NCBI GenBank assembly: GCA_963697965.1
Contig: OY969108.1
Coordinates: 2,109,326-2,173,325 of the forward strand
DNA: 64,000 nt
Direction of reading: 5' to 3'
Source: an uncultured delta proteobacterium
GTDB taxonomy: Bacteria; Desulfobacterota; Desulfobaccia; Desulfobaccales; 0-14-0-80-60-11
The notes under the pieces were generated by a model. It was not told where the DNA came from and searched no databases. It saw only the letters and a program-made list of their open reading frames with translations. Numbering within the stretch: the first letter of the stretch is position 1; each line of letters begins with the position of its first letter. Shown here one piece after another: positions 1 to 8,806 of the stretch. The position numbers and the translations under genes were made by a program.

Positions 1-1
1 C

Positions 2-343
2 CTGGCAGCCATAATAGTAGTTCCTATTCTCACCGTTTACGCCGATATCTTCGGGATCGCCGGCGGCCTGCTAGTGGGGGTCTTAGGCTTGGACCTGACC
101 CCTTACGCTTACCTGAAGGAGACCCAGACCAGCCTGGCCTTGTTGGATATCATCCTCAGCCTCTTTAAGGCCGGAATCTTTGCGGTGCTCATTGCCGGCA
201 TCGGCTGCCAGCGGGGTTTCCAGGTACGCGGGGGGGCTGCGGCGGTGGGTTCGGCCACCACCTCGGCGGTGGTGTCAGCCCTTTTTCTCATCATTGTCAC
301 CGATTCAGCCTTTGCCCTGGCCTTTCAATATTTGGGAATTTAG
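2..343 (+). CDS. mlaE: MlaE-type ABC transporter permease, C-terminal part (5' truncated by window)
   Basis: Open frame from nt 2 (LAAIIVVPILTVYADIFGIAGG...GCQRGFQVRGGAAAVGSATTSAVV); typical MlaE C-terminus; followed by MlaF and MlaD homologs. Confidence 0.9.
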   Translation: MAAIIVVPILTVYADIFGIAGGLLVGVLGLDLTPYAYLKETQTSLALLDIILSLFKAGIFAVLIAGIGCQRGFQVRGGAAAVGSATTSAVVSALFLIIVTDSAFALAFQYLGI

Positions 344-424
344 CCGAGGATTCAGCAAAATCGGTTTGGGGTATATTGGCTCATTTTCGTATCTCTGATT
401 AGGGTCCGCCCAAGGAACACCTAT

Positions 425-1210
425 TTGGAAAACGCCGGTCAAGAACCCATCATCGTGGTGGAAGGACTCACTGCCCGCTTTGGGGAGAACACCGTCTTCG
501 AACGGGTCAGCTTCCGGGTTAACCGGGGTGAGATCCTGGTGATTCTGGGAGGAAGCGGCTGCGGCAAATCAACCCTGCTCAAACACCTGATTGGCCTCTA
601 TCCGCCCACGGCGGGGAGAGTGCTGGTCAATGGCATCGATATTATGACGGATGACGAGAGCATGCTGCATTCCTTAAAAACCGGAATCGGGGTACTCTTT
701 CAGTCGGGGGCCCTCTTCGGGTCCATGACCCTGGCTCAAAACGTGGGCTTGACCCTTCAGGAATTTACCGACCTGAATGAGGAGACCATCGATCTCATTG
801 TGAGGATGAAACTGGCCCTGGTTAATCTGGCCGGGTATGAAAACCATCTCCCGGAAGAGATCTCCGGAGGGATGGCGAAAAGAGCGGGACTGGCCCGGGC
901 CATGGCGCTGGACCCTGCAATCCTCTTCTTCGATGAACCCTCGGCGGGATTGGATCCCGTAACCGCGGCGGAACTGGACAACTTGATCAAAAGCCTCAAT
1001 GCCGGGATGGGCACGACCATGGTGGTGGTCACCCATGAACTGGAGTCAATCTTTGCTATTGCCCACCGGGTGATAATGTTGGATAAGGGCGCCAAGGGAA
1101 TCATCGCTGAAGGAGATCCCCGGGACCTCAAGGAGCATTCCCCGGACCCCCGGGTGAAAAACTTCTTTAACCGAAAGCCTGCCAGCAGCGATCAGCTTAA
1201 GGGACCATAA
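425..1210 (+). CDS. mlaF: MlaF/Mkl-type ABC transporter ATP-binding protein
   Basis: Walker A GGSGCGKS, signature ISGGMAKR, Walker B ILFFDEP, D-loop SAGLDP. Confidence 0.92.
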   Translation: MENAGQEPIIVVEGLTARFGENTVFERVSFRVNRGEILVILGGSGCGKSTLLKHLIGLYPPTAGRVLVNGIDIMTDDESMLHSLKTGIGVLFQSGALFGSMTLAQNVGLTLQEFTDLNEETIDLIVRMKLALVNLAGYENHLPEEISGGMAKRAGLARAMALDPAILFFDEPSAGLDPVTAAELDNLIKSLNAGMGTTMVVVTHELESIFAIAHRVIMLDKGAKGIIAEGDPRDLKEHSPDPRVKNFFNRKPASSDQLKGP

Positions 1211-1212
1211 AC

Positions 1213-2109
1213 ATGGCCAAAAAATCTACCGACTTTATTCTGGGGCTCTTTGTAATCCTGGGATTCTTTTTGGCGGTGGCCGGCATCATCTGGGTGGGAG
1301 CCAGCAGCTTCTTTCAGCAGGGGAAAGACTACGTCTCTTACTTCGACGAATCGGTGGAGGGCCTGCAGGCGGATTCCAGCGTCAAATACCGGGGCGTAGA
1401 TGTGGGCCGGGTGAAGGAGATTGAGGTGGCGCCCGATGGTAAACTGGTCGGGGTGGTCATGAAGATCAACCTGCGGGGTAATTTACCCAAGACCACCATA
1501 GCCCAACTGAGGACGGCCGGCATCACCGGGGTAAAATTCATCGGTCTTGACCGGCCCTCACCCGGGGAGCAAGCCTTGTCGCCTAAAATTGACTTCCCTT
1601 CCGAATATCCTATAATTCCCACCCGCCCTTCCGAGATCCAGCGTCTCCTTAACGCCGCCAACGTCATTTTGGATAAGTTCCAACAGATTGACACGAAAGG
1701 CATTTCCGACCAGGTCGTGCTCACGACCAAGGCTATGCAAAACTTCTTGCAGGGCAAGGAGATGACCGGAATCCTGGCGAGACTGCACGGCACTGCGACC
1801 AACCTGGATAAGTTCACCGGACGGGTCAATGATACGGTCAGCGCCAAAAAGCTGGATGAGATTCTGGCGGAGAGCCGGGATTCCCTCAAGGAAATCCATG
1901 CACTCGCTGCCAATGTCCAGAAAGAGTTGCAGGCCATGAAGCTTCCGGAAACAGCCTCCCGATACCGCACTGTCGCCCAGGATGCGGCGGCACTCACCGA
2001 CAGTCTCCAGCGCGCCTCGGCCTCCCTGGACCAGTTCCTGCAACGGGTCAAGGAGCGGCCACCCGATCTTTTATTCGGCAAACCGCCTCAAAAGAGATGG
2101 AATGAATAA
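1213..2109 (+). CDS. mlaD: MCE/MlaD family protein
   Basis: N-terminal TM helix, MCE motif GLQADSSVKYRGVDVGRV, helical C-terminal tail. Confidence 0.9.
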   Translation: MAKKSTDFILGLFVILGFFLAVAGIIWVGASSFFQQGKDYVSYFDESVEGLQADSSVKYRGVDVGRVKEIEVAPDGKLVGVVMKINLRGNLPKTTIAQLRTAGITGVKFIGLDRPSPGEQALSPKIDFPSEYPIIPTRPSEIQRLLNAANVILDKFQQIDTKGISDQVVLTTKAMQNFLQGKEMTGILARLHGTATNLDKFTGRVNDTVSAKKLDEILAESRDSLKEIHALAANVQKELQAMKLPETASRYRTVAQDAAALTDSLQRASASLDQFLQRVKERPPDLLFGKPPQKRWNE

Positions 2110-2123
2110 CCCAAGGTGAACGG

Positions 2124-2786
2124 ATGAAAAAATTTGAACCCTGGCCGCTGCCGCTCCAAACGGGGGCAACCCTGATGCTCTGGTTGTCCCTGACTTTCCT
2201 GTTGTCGGCATGTGGAAAACCGCCCCTGCCGGTGGAGAAATATATCCTGGAATACTCCTCTCCAGAGATGGGGGCCCGCCCCCAGCTCGACCAGAGCCTC
2301 ATGGTGGAGCAGTTCGCAGTGGCGCAGGCGTTTAACAGCAGCGATATGGTATATCGGCCCAGCCCCTATCAAAGTGAGGTTTACCGCTACCACCGCTGGC
2401 GGGTCAACCCCGGGTACCTGGTAACCGACTACCTCGTCAGAGACCTGCGGAACTCCCGGCTGTTCCGGGGAGTCTTTCTGGCTCCCAACTCCGGGAACAG
2501 CCGCTATCGGTTGGAAGGGGCGGTGGAAGATTTAGAGGAAGTCGATGAGCCAGATGGCTGGAAGGCCTCCCTGGCCATTAACGTCACCCTCATTGATACG
2601 CAGCAGGAGCTTTTGCCGCAAAGGGTGGTATTCCAGAGAAATTATCGGGCCGTGGAGTCAATGCTCACGAAGACGCCACAGGGCCTGGCCCAGGGGATGA
2701 GCCAGGCCATGAAGAGCATATCGGCCCAGGTCATCGAGGATGTTTACCGGGCCTGCCGAAAGAGGCCGCCGGTTAAGGAAAAGTGA
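2124..2786 (+). CDS. ABC-type transport auxiliary lipoprotein (PqiC-like)
   Basis: Lipobox LLSAC; YHRW motif; position after the MCE gene. Confidence 0.8.
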   Translation: MKKFEPWPLPLQTGATLMLWLSLTFLLSACGKPPLPVEKYILEYSSPEMGARPQLDQSLMVEQFAVAQAFNSSDMVYRPSPYQSEVYRYHRWRVNPGYLVTDYLVRDLRNSRLFRGVFLAPNSGNSRYRLEGAVEDLEEVDEPDGWKASLAINVTLIDTQQELLPQRVVFQRNYRAVESMLTKTPQGLAQGMSQAMKSISAQVIEDVYRACRKRPPVKEK

Positions 2787-3076
2787 GGCGTTTTTAAAGA
2801 GATCTGCCACCCTCTCAGCTTCCGAGCCGCGGCTGGCATTCAGTCCCACCTTAGACAAAAGACGGCGTTGGGCAGCAGACTGCCCCACCCGGGACAGGGC
2901 TGGGCCCTCAATGCCACGCCCGTTTATGGTCGGGTCCGGATTTCGTCCGGGGTTTGGTGGCTTTTCTGGAGAAGCGCCGGCAGGAAAAATAAGCAAGTTA
3001 ACTTATTCAGGATCATGGTCATCTAACCTATCAGAAAAGGCATTCCGACAACTAAAGACAAATTGCGGGGGTACCT

Positions 3077-3871
3077 ATGAAAAGGTCAATTATTTTTTTG
3101 CTGCTGGCAGTCGTGCTGGCTGGAGGCGCGATCGGCGTGACGTCCGGACCTTGTTCCGCCCAGGGCTATTACCCGGTCCAACCTGTTGCTATGACGCCGT
3201 ATGTTGGGAACAATACGCCCTGGACCTTCTACAAGGGTGATTGGTTCCTGAATGGGGTCCTGAATTACTTTTTCGGCCCTAAAATCGGATTTGCCCCTTA
3301 TTACGCCTATCCTCAGGTCTATATCGTCAGACCCGGAAACTGGTATGCACCGGGGTGGAATGCGTGGTATCAGGCCCGTCCCCAATACTGGAATAATTTT
3401 GAGCGGCAGTATCCTCAATGGCGCGGACACCAGATGGGCCGGCACTATGACGAGAATTTTTATAACCGCTACAATCGCGGCCAGGGGGGAGGTTGGAATC
3501 GAGGATTCCAGGGCGCCGGGACCACCGGTCCCGGGTATCATCCCCAGGGAGGCACCACTCCGGGCTATCATCCTCAGGGAACTGCCAATCCCGGGTATCG
3601 TCCCCAAGGCGGTACCGGTACCGTTCCTGGGTATCGTCCCCAGGGAGGCACCACTCCTGGATATCATCCCCAAGGAGGCGCCACTCCGGGGTATCATCCC
3701 CAGGGAGGCACTACCCCTGGATACCATCCCCAAGGGGGCGCCACCCCGGGCTATCATCCCCAGGGAGGCACAGGCACCACTCCTGCGTATCGTCCTAAGA
3801 CCCCGCCCACCCCGACCGGCGGTGGTAAACCAGGGACACCTCCTCCTCATGATGAACATCATCAGCAGTAG
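3077..3871 (+). CDS. Secreted hypothetical protein with aromatic-rich domain and PGY(H/R)PQGGxT tandem repeats
   Basis: Signal peptide MKRSIIFLLLAVVLAGG; RBS-like GGGGG upstream; repeats vary mostly at synonymous positions in this frame. Confidence 0.75.
   Translation: MKRSIIFLLLAVVLAGGAIGVTSGPCSAQGYYPVQPVAMTPYVGNNTPWTFYKGDWFLNGVLNYFFGPKIGFAPYYAYPQVYIVRPGNWYAPGWNAWYQARPQYWNNFERQYPQWRGHQMGRHYDENFYNRYNRGQGGGWNRGFQGAGTTGPGYHPQGGTTPGYHPQGTANPGYRPQGGTGTVPGYRPQGGTTPGYHPQGGATPGYHPQGGTTPGYHPQGGATPGYHPQGGTGTTPAYRPKTPPTPTGGGKPGTPPPHDEHHQQ
3532..3798 (+). repeat. Intragenic ~30-bp tandem repeat, 8 copies plus 1 degenerate
   Basis: CC(N)GG(N)TA(T/C)C(A/G)TCC(C/T)CA(A/G)GG... units encoding PGYHPQGGTT. 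Confidence 0.9.
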
Positions 3872-3893
3872 TTAGTTATCCTGCCGCTGCCTG

Positions 3894-3933
3894 ATCCCAG
3901 ATCGCTCCAGCCGGGGCGGTCTGGGATTATTTT
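3894..3933 (+). terminator. Putative intrinsic terminator
   Basis: atcccagatcgc...gcggtctgggat stem followed by tatttt, between convergent genes. Confidence 0.6.
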
Positions 3934-4011
3934 GAAAGCGAAATTTACTATACCCGCTTTAGGTGAATAGCCATCTGAGGCTCCTAGTGCGGAAGAACTA
4001 GGGATATATCT

Positions 4012-4218
4012 TCACTCTTCCTCTTGTTGCCAGTGAATGCACTGTACCGGACATTGGTCCACGGCTTCCTGGATCTTTTCTTCCGGGGCGCCATGGGGGT
4101 TAATCACCTCGGAATGCCCCAGAGATTCATTGAGTCGGAAGACTTCGGGGCAGACTTGCTCGCAATTGCCGCAGGCAATGCACTCTTCGATTTCTATCAT
4201 GGGGAGTCGTCGAGCCAT
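4012..4218 (-). CDS. Single-cluster ferredoxin
   Basis: CIACGNCEQVCP...QCPVQCI pattern, 68 aa. Confidence 0.9.
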   Translation of the reverse strand: MARRLPMIEIEECIACGNCEQVCPEVFRLNESLGHSEVINPHGAPEEKIQEAVDQCPVQCIHWQQEEE

Positions 4219-4246
4219 CTTTACACCTCATAGTTTTGGGTGGCCC

Positions 4247-4441
4247 TTACTCTTCCCAGTGAATACAGGACACCGGGCAGGTGTCCGTGGCTTCCTGGAT
4301 TAGGTCTTCGGGGCCGCCCTCCGGTTTGATAACTTCTGCCTTTTCCTCACCTTCCTTCATCTGAAAGACCTCGGGGCAGATCTCCACGCAAGAGCCGCAG
4401 CCGATGCATTCTTCTTCATCGATATACACCGCCTTCGCCAT
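4247..4441 (-). CDS. Single-cluster ferredoxin (tandem paralog)
   Basis: CIGCGSCVEICP...TCPVSCI pattern, 64 aa, RBS AGGAG. Confidence 0.92.
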   Translation of the reverse strand: MAKAVYIDEEECIGCGSCVEICPEVFQMKEGEEKAEVIKPEGGPEDLIQEATDTCPVSCIHWEE

Positions 4442-4476
4442 GTTTTTCTCCTTTTCTGCAATTATTTATCCCGTGA

Positions 4477-4794
4477 TCAAATGGGCGGGGCAATGGTGAC
4501 CAGAAGTCGCAAATCGGTCTTGGCCCTGAGGCCGTGAGGTTCGGCAATCTCGCAAATCAGTACGTCTCCCCGGGCGGCGGGCAGCGTGGCCCCGTCTTTT
4601 CCGAGAAATTCCCCCTCACCCTCTAAGACCGCCAAACTCACCTGTCCCTCGATGTCGTGGGCATGCACCGGAAGTTCCTGCCCAGCTTTGAAATTGAAGT
4701 TAAGAATCTTGAAATAGGGAGAGTCGTGTACCAGCAGCTTTTTCATGCCTTTTTCGGAGAAATCGTTGGCCTCGAAGATATTGATCTTTTTCAT
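4477..4794 (-). CDS. Cupin domain protein
   Basis: Start reassigned to MKKINIF (RBS GAGGAG); cupin motifs PVHAH...LEGEGEF and EPHGL. Confidence 0.8.
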   Translation of the reverse strand: MKKINIFEANDFSEKGMKKLLVHDSPYFKILNFNFKAGQELPVHAHDIEGQVSLAVLEGEGEFLGKDGATLPAARGDVLICEIAEPHGLRAKTDLRLLVTIAPPI

Positions 4795-4963
4795 AATTCT
4801 TCTCCTCTGGAAAAGTTTTTGCTTGAGGATACGAAGCCCCTTTGGCACGGGCAGATGCTCAACCGCCAACTCAATCCTCTGCCCGCTCATGGGCGAGCTG
4901 GTGGTACTTCTCGGGCACCCCTGCGCCGATTTTCTTCAGCTTCGTGCTTTTCAAAAGAACCTA

Positions 4964-7270
4964 TTAACGCTTGGCCCCCAGGGAGGAAGCGCTTGCTCCC
5001 CGGGTGATGGTCCGGTAGGTTAAGGCCGCGGCCATTACCATGGGGACCACCCCCAGGAAAATGAAAACCAGATCGCCGGGCATCCGGCACCATTCGATGA
5101 AACGTACGTAGCTCCGTCCCGTGTAAGCCAGGCTGCGGGCGTGCCAATAACCGTTAATCAGGACGTCGTAAAACTGCAAAACCCCCCCGGGGAAGAGGTT
5201 GCCCACCACCATCAGGGCCAGGCCGATATTCAACCCCCAGAAGGACACCCGGATATATTTTTCCGGACGGGCCCACTGCTCGTCCGGCAGAACCTGGCGC
5301 AGGGCCATGACGGTCAAGGCCATGGCCTCCATGCCGAAGGCTCCCATCAGGGCGGCGTGGGCGTGGTTGAGGGTCAGGAGGGTGCCCACCTCAAAGTAGC
5401 TGACGATGGGCAGATTGATGAGGAATCCGAAGATGCCGGCTCCCACGAAATTCCAAAACCCCACGGCGATCAAAAAATAAAAGGTCCATTTATGGGGCAT
5501 GGAGAGATTGACCCCGCAGACTTCGCACTCACCCTTGGTCAGCTTGACGAAATCCCAGGCATCCAGGGTTAAGAGGGTCAAAGGCACCACCTCCATGGAG
5601 GAAAACAGGGCGGACAGGGCCATGTTGAGTTGGGTCTGGCCGGTCCAATACCAGTGGTGGCCGGTGCCCACAATGCCGCTCCCCAAAAAGAGGATGGCAT
5701 CCAGATAAACCACCCGGGCTGCGGTCTGACGCGAGACCACTCCCAATAAGAAGAAAGTGACGGCCACCATGGCGGTCACCAGGAGTTCCAAAAAGCCTTC
5801 CACCCACAGGTGGACGATCCAGAACCGCCAGTTGTCCACTATGGTGAAATTGGTGGTGCTTCCGAAGAAAAAGGCGGGCAGGTAGAAAACCGGGATGGCC
5901 AAGGCAACCAGCAGGAAGAGGCCGGAGATTTCCCGGCGCGCCGGGTTCTGGAAGGCCGGAGCCAGGACCCGGTAGAGAAGCAGCACCCATAAACCCAGCC
6001 CTAGGGCCAGCAAGAATTGCCAGGCGCGTCCCAGGTCCAGGTATTCCCAGCCCTGGTCCCCGAACCAGAACCAGAAGCGGCCCAGAAGTTGATTGATGCC
6101 CAGGATCTCCCCCAGGAGGCTGCCAGCCACCACCAGCACCAGTGCCCAGAAGAGCAGGTGAACGCCCCGCACCTGCCCCCGGGTCTCTTTCTCTCCAAGG
6201 GATGAGGCCAGGACCAGCCCGCCGGCGACGTAGGCAGTGACAATCCAGAAAATCGCCAATTGCAGGTGCCAGGTGCGCAGGATGTTGCTGGGGAACCAAT
6301 AGTAGAGATTCAGCCCGTAAAAACTGCCCGGCTCCGCCCGGTTGTGGGCCGTGGCCGCACCCACCAGCACCTGGGCCAAAAATAGCAGGGTGACTACCAG
6401 AAAAAATTTGATGGTGGCCTTTTGGGTGGCGCTGGCCCGGCCCGGGAGCATCAGGGGATGCGCCGGAGCGCCGGTCCCCCGCCAGCCCAGGTAATCAAAC
6501 TTGCCGAAGGCGAACAGGATGACCGCGATCCCGGCCAGCAAGGTGATGAGGCTCAGGGCGCTCCACAGGTAGACCGCGGCCGGAGGCGTGTTGCCCGCCA
6601 GGGGATCGTAAGGGAAATTGCTGGTGTAAGAGTAGTCCCGACCCGGGCGATCAGCCACTGAGGCCCAGGCGGTCCAGGCAAAAAAGGCAGTGAGCTGGCG
6701 TAGTTCCCGGGGGTTGTCGATATAATTAGCTTTCAAGCCGCCGTTTTTTTGGGGGTAGGCGAAATAGTCAGTCCATTGGCCGATCTGCCGCCGAAAGGAC
6801 GCGGCTTCCGGTTCCGAGAACACCAAGGTCTGGGTTTGGGGGTTGTAGCGATTCTCTTTGAGCAGGCGCTGCACCGCGCCCGCCACCACATCCCGCTGGG
6901 TGCGGTCGAGCTCCGCCAGGGAATGGCCGTAACCTTGCCGGGCTTCCATGTCCCCGGCCTCCAGCGCCAGGTTGTGGAGGTAGGCGGCGGAAAAATCCGG
7001 CCCCAGATAGCCCCCGTGCCCCCAAATAGTGCCGTTTTCCATGAGGGCATATCTAAGAAAAACTTGCTGGCCCGCCAGGATATCTTCCCGGGTGAAAACG
7101 GTTTCACCCCTGGCATTGACTACTCTAAGAGGTATGGGCGGGGCGTAGTTGTAGGCATTTACCGCGATGAAGATCAGAACAGAAAACCCGGCGAACAGGG
7201 TGAAAATGACCCCTATTTTCCACCAAGGTGAGAGTTCTGAGCCGGTCTGCTGTGCTGTCGCCATCGGCAA
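4964..7270 (-). CDS. norB: Quinol-dependent nitric oxide reductase (qNor, NorZ/NorB large subunit)
   Basis: 768 aa; G(T)IWGHGGYLGPD, VHLWVEGFLE, GTGHHWYW and HAHAALMG heme/non-heme Fe ligand motifs. Confidence 0.95.
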   Translation of the reverse strand: MPMATAQQTGSELSPWWKIGVIFTLFAGFSVLIFIAVNAYNYAPPIPLRVVNARGETVFTREDILAGQQVFLRYALMENGTIWGHGGYLGPDFSAAYLHNLALEAGDMEARQGYGHSLAELDRTQRDVVAGAVQRLLKENRYNPQTQTLVFSEPEAASFRRQIGQWTDYFAYPQKNGGLKANYIDNPRELRQLTAFFAWTAWASVADRPGRDYSYTSNFPYDPLAGNTPPAAVYLWSALSLITLLAGIAVILFAFGKFDYLGWRGTGAPAHPLMLPGRASATQKATIKFFLVVTLLFLAQVLVGAATAHNRAEPGSFYGLNLYYWFPSNILRTWHLQLAIFWIVTAYVAGGLVLASSLGEKETRGQVRGVHLLFWALVLVVAGSLLGEILGINQLLGRFWFWFGDQGWEYLDLGRAWQFLLALGLGLWVLLLYRVLAPAFQNPARREISGLFLLVALAIPVFYLPAFFFGSTTNFTIVDNWRFWIVHLWVEGFLELLVTAMVAVTFFLLGVVSRQTAARVVYLDAILFLGSGIVGTGHHWYWTGQTQLNMALSALFSSMEVVPLTLLTLDAWDFVKLTKGECEVCGVNLSMPHKWTFYFLIAVGFWNFVGAGIFGFLINLPIVSYFEVGTLLTLNHAHAALMGAFGMEAMALTVMALRQVLPDEQWARPEKYIRVSFWGLNIGLALMVVGNLFPGGVLQFYDVLINGYWHARSLAYTGRSYVRFIEWCRMPGDLVFIFLGVVPMVMAAALTYRTITRGASASSLGAKR

Positions 7271-7429
7271 CGCCCTCCTTAACCGGGATTATGCCACATC
7301 CATAGCCGCTTCTGGAGGCTATAAGGCTCAGTCCATATTAAGGACTGGTGGAAGAAGGACAGACTAAACATTCTTTATCGAGCCTTTGATATTTTAAGGG
7401 CAGATTACGAGCGGATGAGAGAGCCTGCC

Positions 7430-8503
7430 TTAACCGCCTGCACCTTTCTGCGAAACAGAAGATTGCTTGGGAAATTCCAGGATGAAGGTGGTCCCAAGGC
7501 CTGGTTTGCTCATGGCTGACAGGTGGCCGCCGCCTTTCTCCAGCAAGTGCAGAGTCACCCGGAGGCCCAATTGGCTGCTCTCCGCTCCCTGGCGGGTACC
7601 CTTGCTAACCAGACTGCTTTTAATCACCTCCATCTCGATACCCGGCCCATTGTCCCTGATTTCCACCCTTACCCTGCCATTCTCTGCCGCTGCCTTTATC
7701 TGGATGAAGTCGCCGTACTGCATGGCGTTGCTCAAAATGTTCTGTAAGATGACCTCCAAGGTAACGGGATCGAAGGGAAATACCAGGGGGGCGCCGCAGT
7801 ATTCATTCAGCGGGTCACCGTTGATTTCCACCCGAATCTCCTTTTCCCGGAAACGCAATCCCAGGAGATCCTGGACGGCATGCCGCAAGACCGGGAAAAA
7901 ATCCTGGGGCGCCTGGGTTACGGGGCCGCTTTGCAGGGCCTTTAAAAAGCTCAACTCATCTTTCAAGGTATGGTTAAGGCGTTCCGAGGCCTCTGTCAGA
8001 ATATTGAGGTTTTGCTCCAGGGCATCGATCTCGACCCTGAGATCGGCATCCGGCAATACGCAATCATCGAGCTGCGGCCGCAATTTTTCCAGTTTTCTTC
8101 TGGCTCGCCCCGAAAACCCGTTAATCCCTATGGCCAGGTTTTTGTAATGGTGCCGCAGGGCCGCCACTTGCATTTCGAATTCCTGGTGCAAATCATGAAG
8201 CCGTTGCTGGTTCTCCCTAAGGCGATAGAAGACCAACCCCAAGGCTGCCCCTAACATAAAACCGGTCAGGCTGTCGAACAGCGTCTCCCCCGGTTGGGCC
8301 AGACGAGCCACGGCAATGGTCAACCTGAAGGGATTTCCCCCAAAAATGTGCTCGAACAGGTTCCGGAATACCGCACCCAATGGCAGACTCACGAGCATTT
8401 CGAAGGCGGCGCCCAGGAGCGCCCCTATCACGAGATAGGGCCAGGGGCTGCTGCGGCGTATTGGGAGTTCCAGGCGTTCCGGCCTTTCCGGGCCATCCGT
8501 CAT
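7430..8503 (-). CDS. Membrane-bound sensor histidine kinase
   Basis: Two TM segments, H-box-like LRHHYKNL, N-box NILSNAMQY, DNGPGI, G2 box PGLGTTF. Confidence 0.8.
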   Translation of the reverse strand: MTDGPERPERLELPIRRSSPWPYLVIGALLGAAFEMLVSLPLGAVFRNLFEHIFGGNPFRLTIAVARLAQPGETLFDSLTGFMLGAALGLVFYRLRENQQRLHDLHQEFEMQVAALRHHYKNLAIGINGFSGRARRKLEKLRPQLDDCVLPDADLRVEIDALEQNLNILTEASERLNHTLKDELSFLKALQSGPVTQAPQDFFPVLRHAVQDLLGLRFREKEIRVEINGDPLNEYCGAPLVFPFDPVTLEVILQNILSNAMQYGDFIQIKAAAENGRVRVEIRDNGPGIEMEVIKSSLVSKGTRQGAESSQLGLRVTLHLLEKGGGHLSAMSKPGLGTTFILEFPKQSSVSQKGAGG

Positions 8504-8806
8504 ATCGAGCCTCCAGTCCCTCTAACCAGGCGCCAGGGGCGCCGAGGCGAGGGCCTCACCCCTGCCCCAGGCCCACGGCCATCAAGAAGCGCTTTCATCA
8601 AATTATAACTTGAAGCCAGAGAGGAAATGAGATATTTTAAGGTCACCAAAATATCCTAGCCAATTTCTGCAAATCCTGACCCTGGGCAAACTTCCGTCTC
8701 TTCGCCTTAACTTTTTGGCACCCAAGGAATTATGAGAGGCTCCTTTGGTGGGTCTCCCTCAGCAAAGAGACGGCGGGGGGCAGGGCCTTATGCGAGGCTT
8801 TAGATC

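Noticed and set aside
2988-3007. AATAAG-caagttaa-CTTATT palindrome upstream of the repeat protein
   Set aside because: Single AT-rich palindrome with no second copy in the window; too weak to call an operator
3532-3798. 30-bp repeats as a possible CRISPR array
   Set aside because: No unique spacers; the units are contiguous, in-frame and vary synonymously inside a CDS; no cas genes
4843-4858. TGGCACG...ATGC as a sigma-54 promoter
   Set aside because: GG-to-GC spacing is 11 rather than 10, and the orientation is opposite to the adjacent genes
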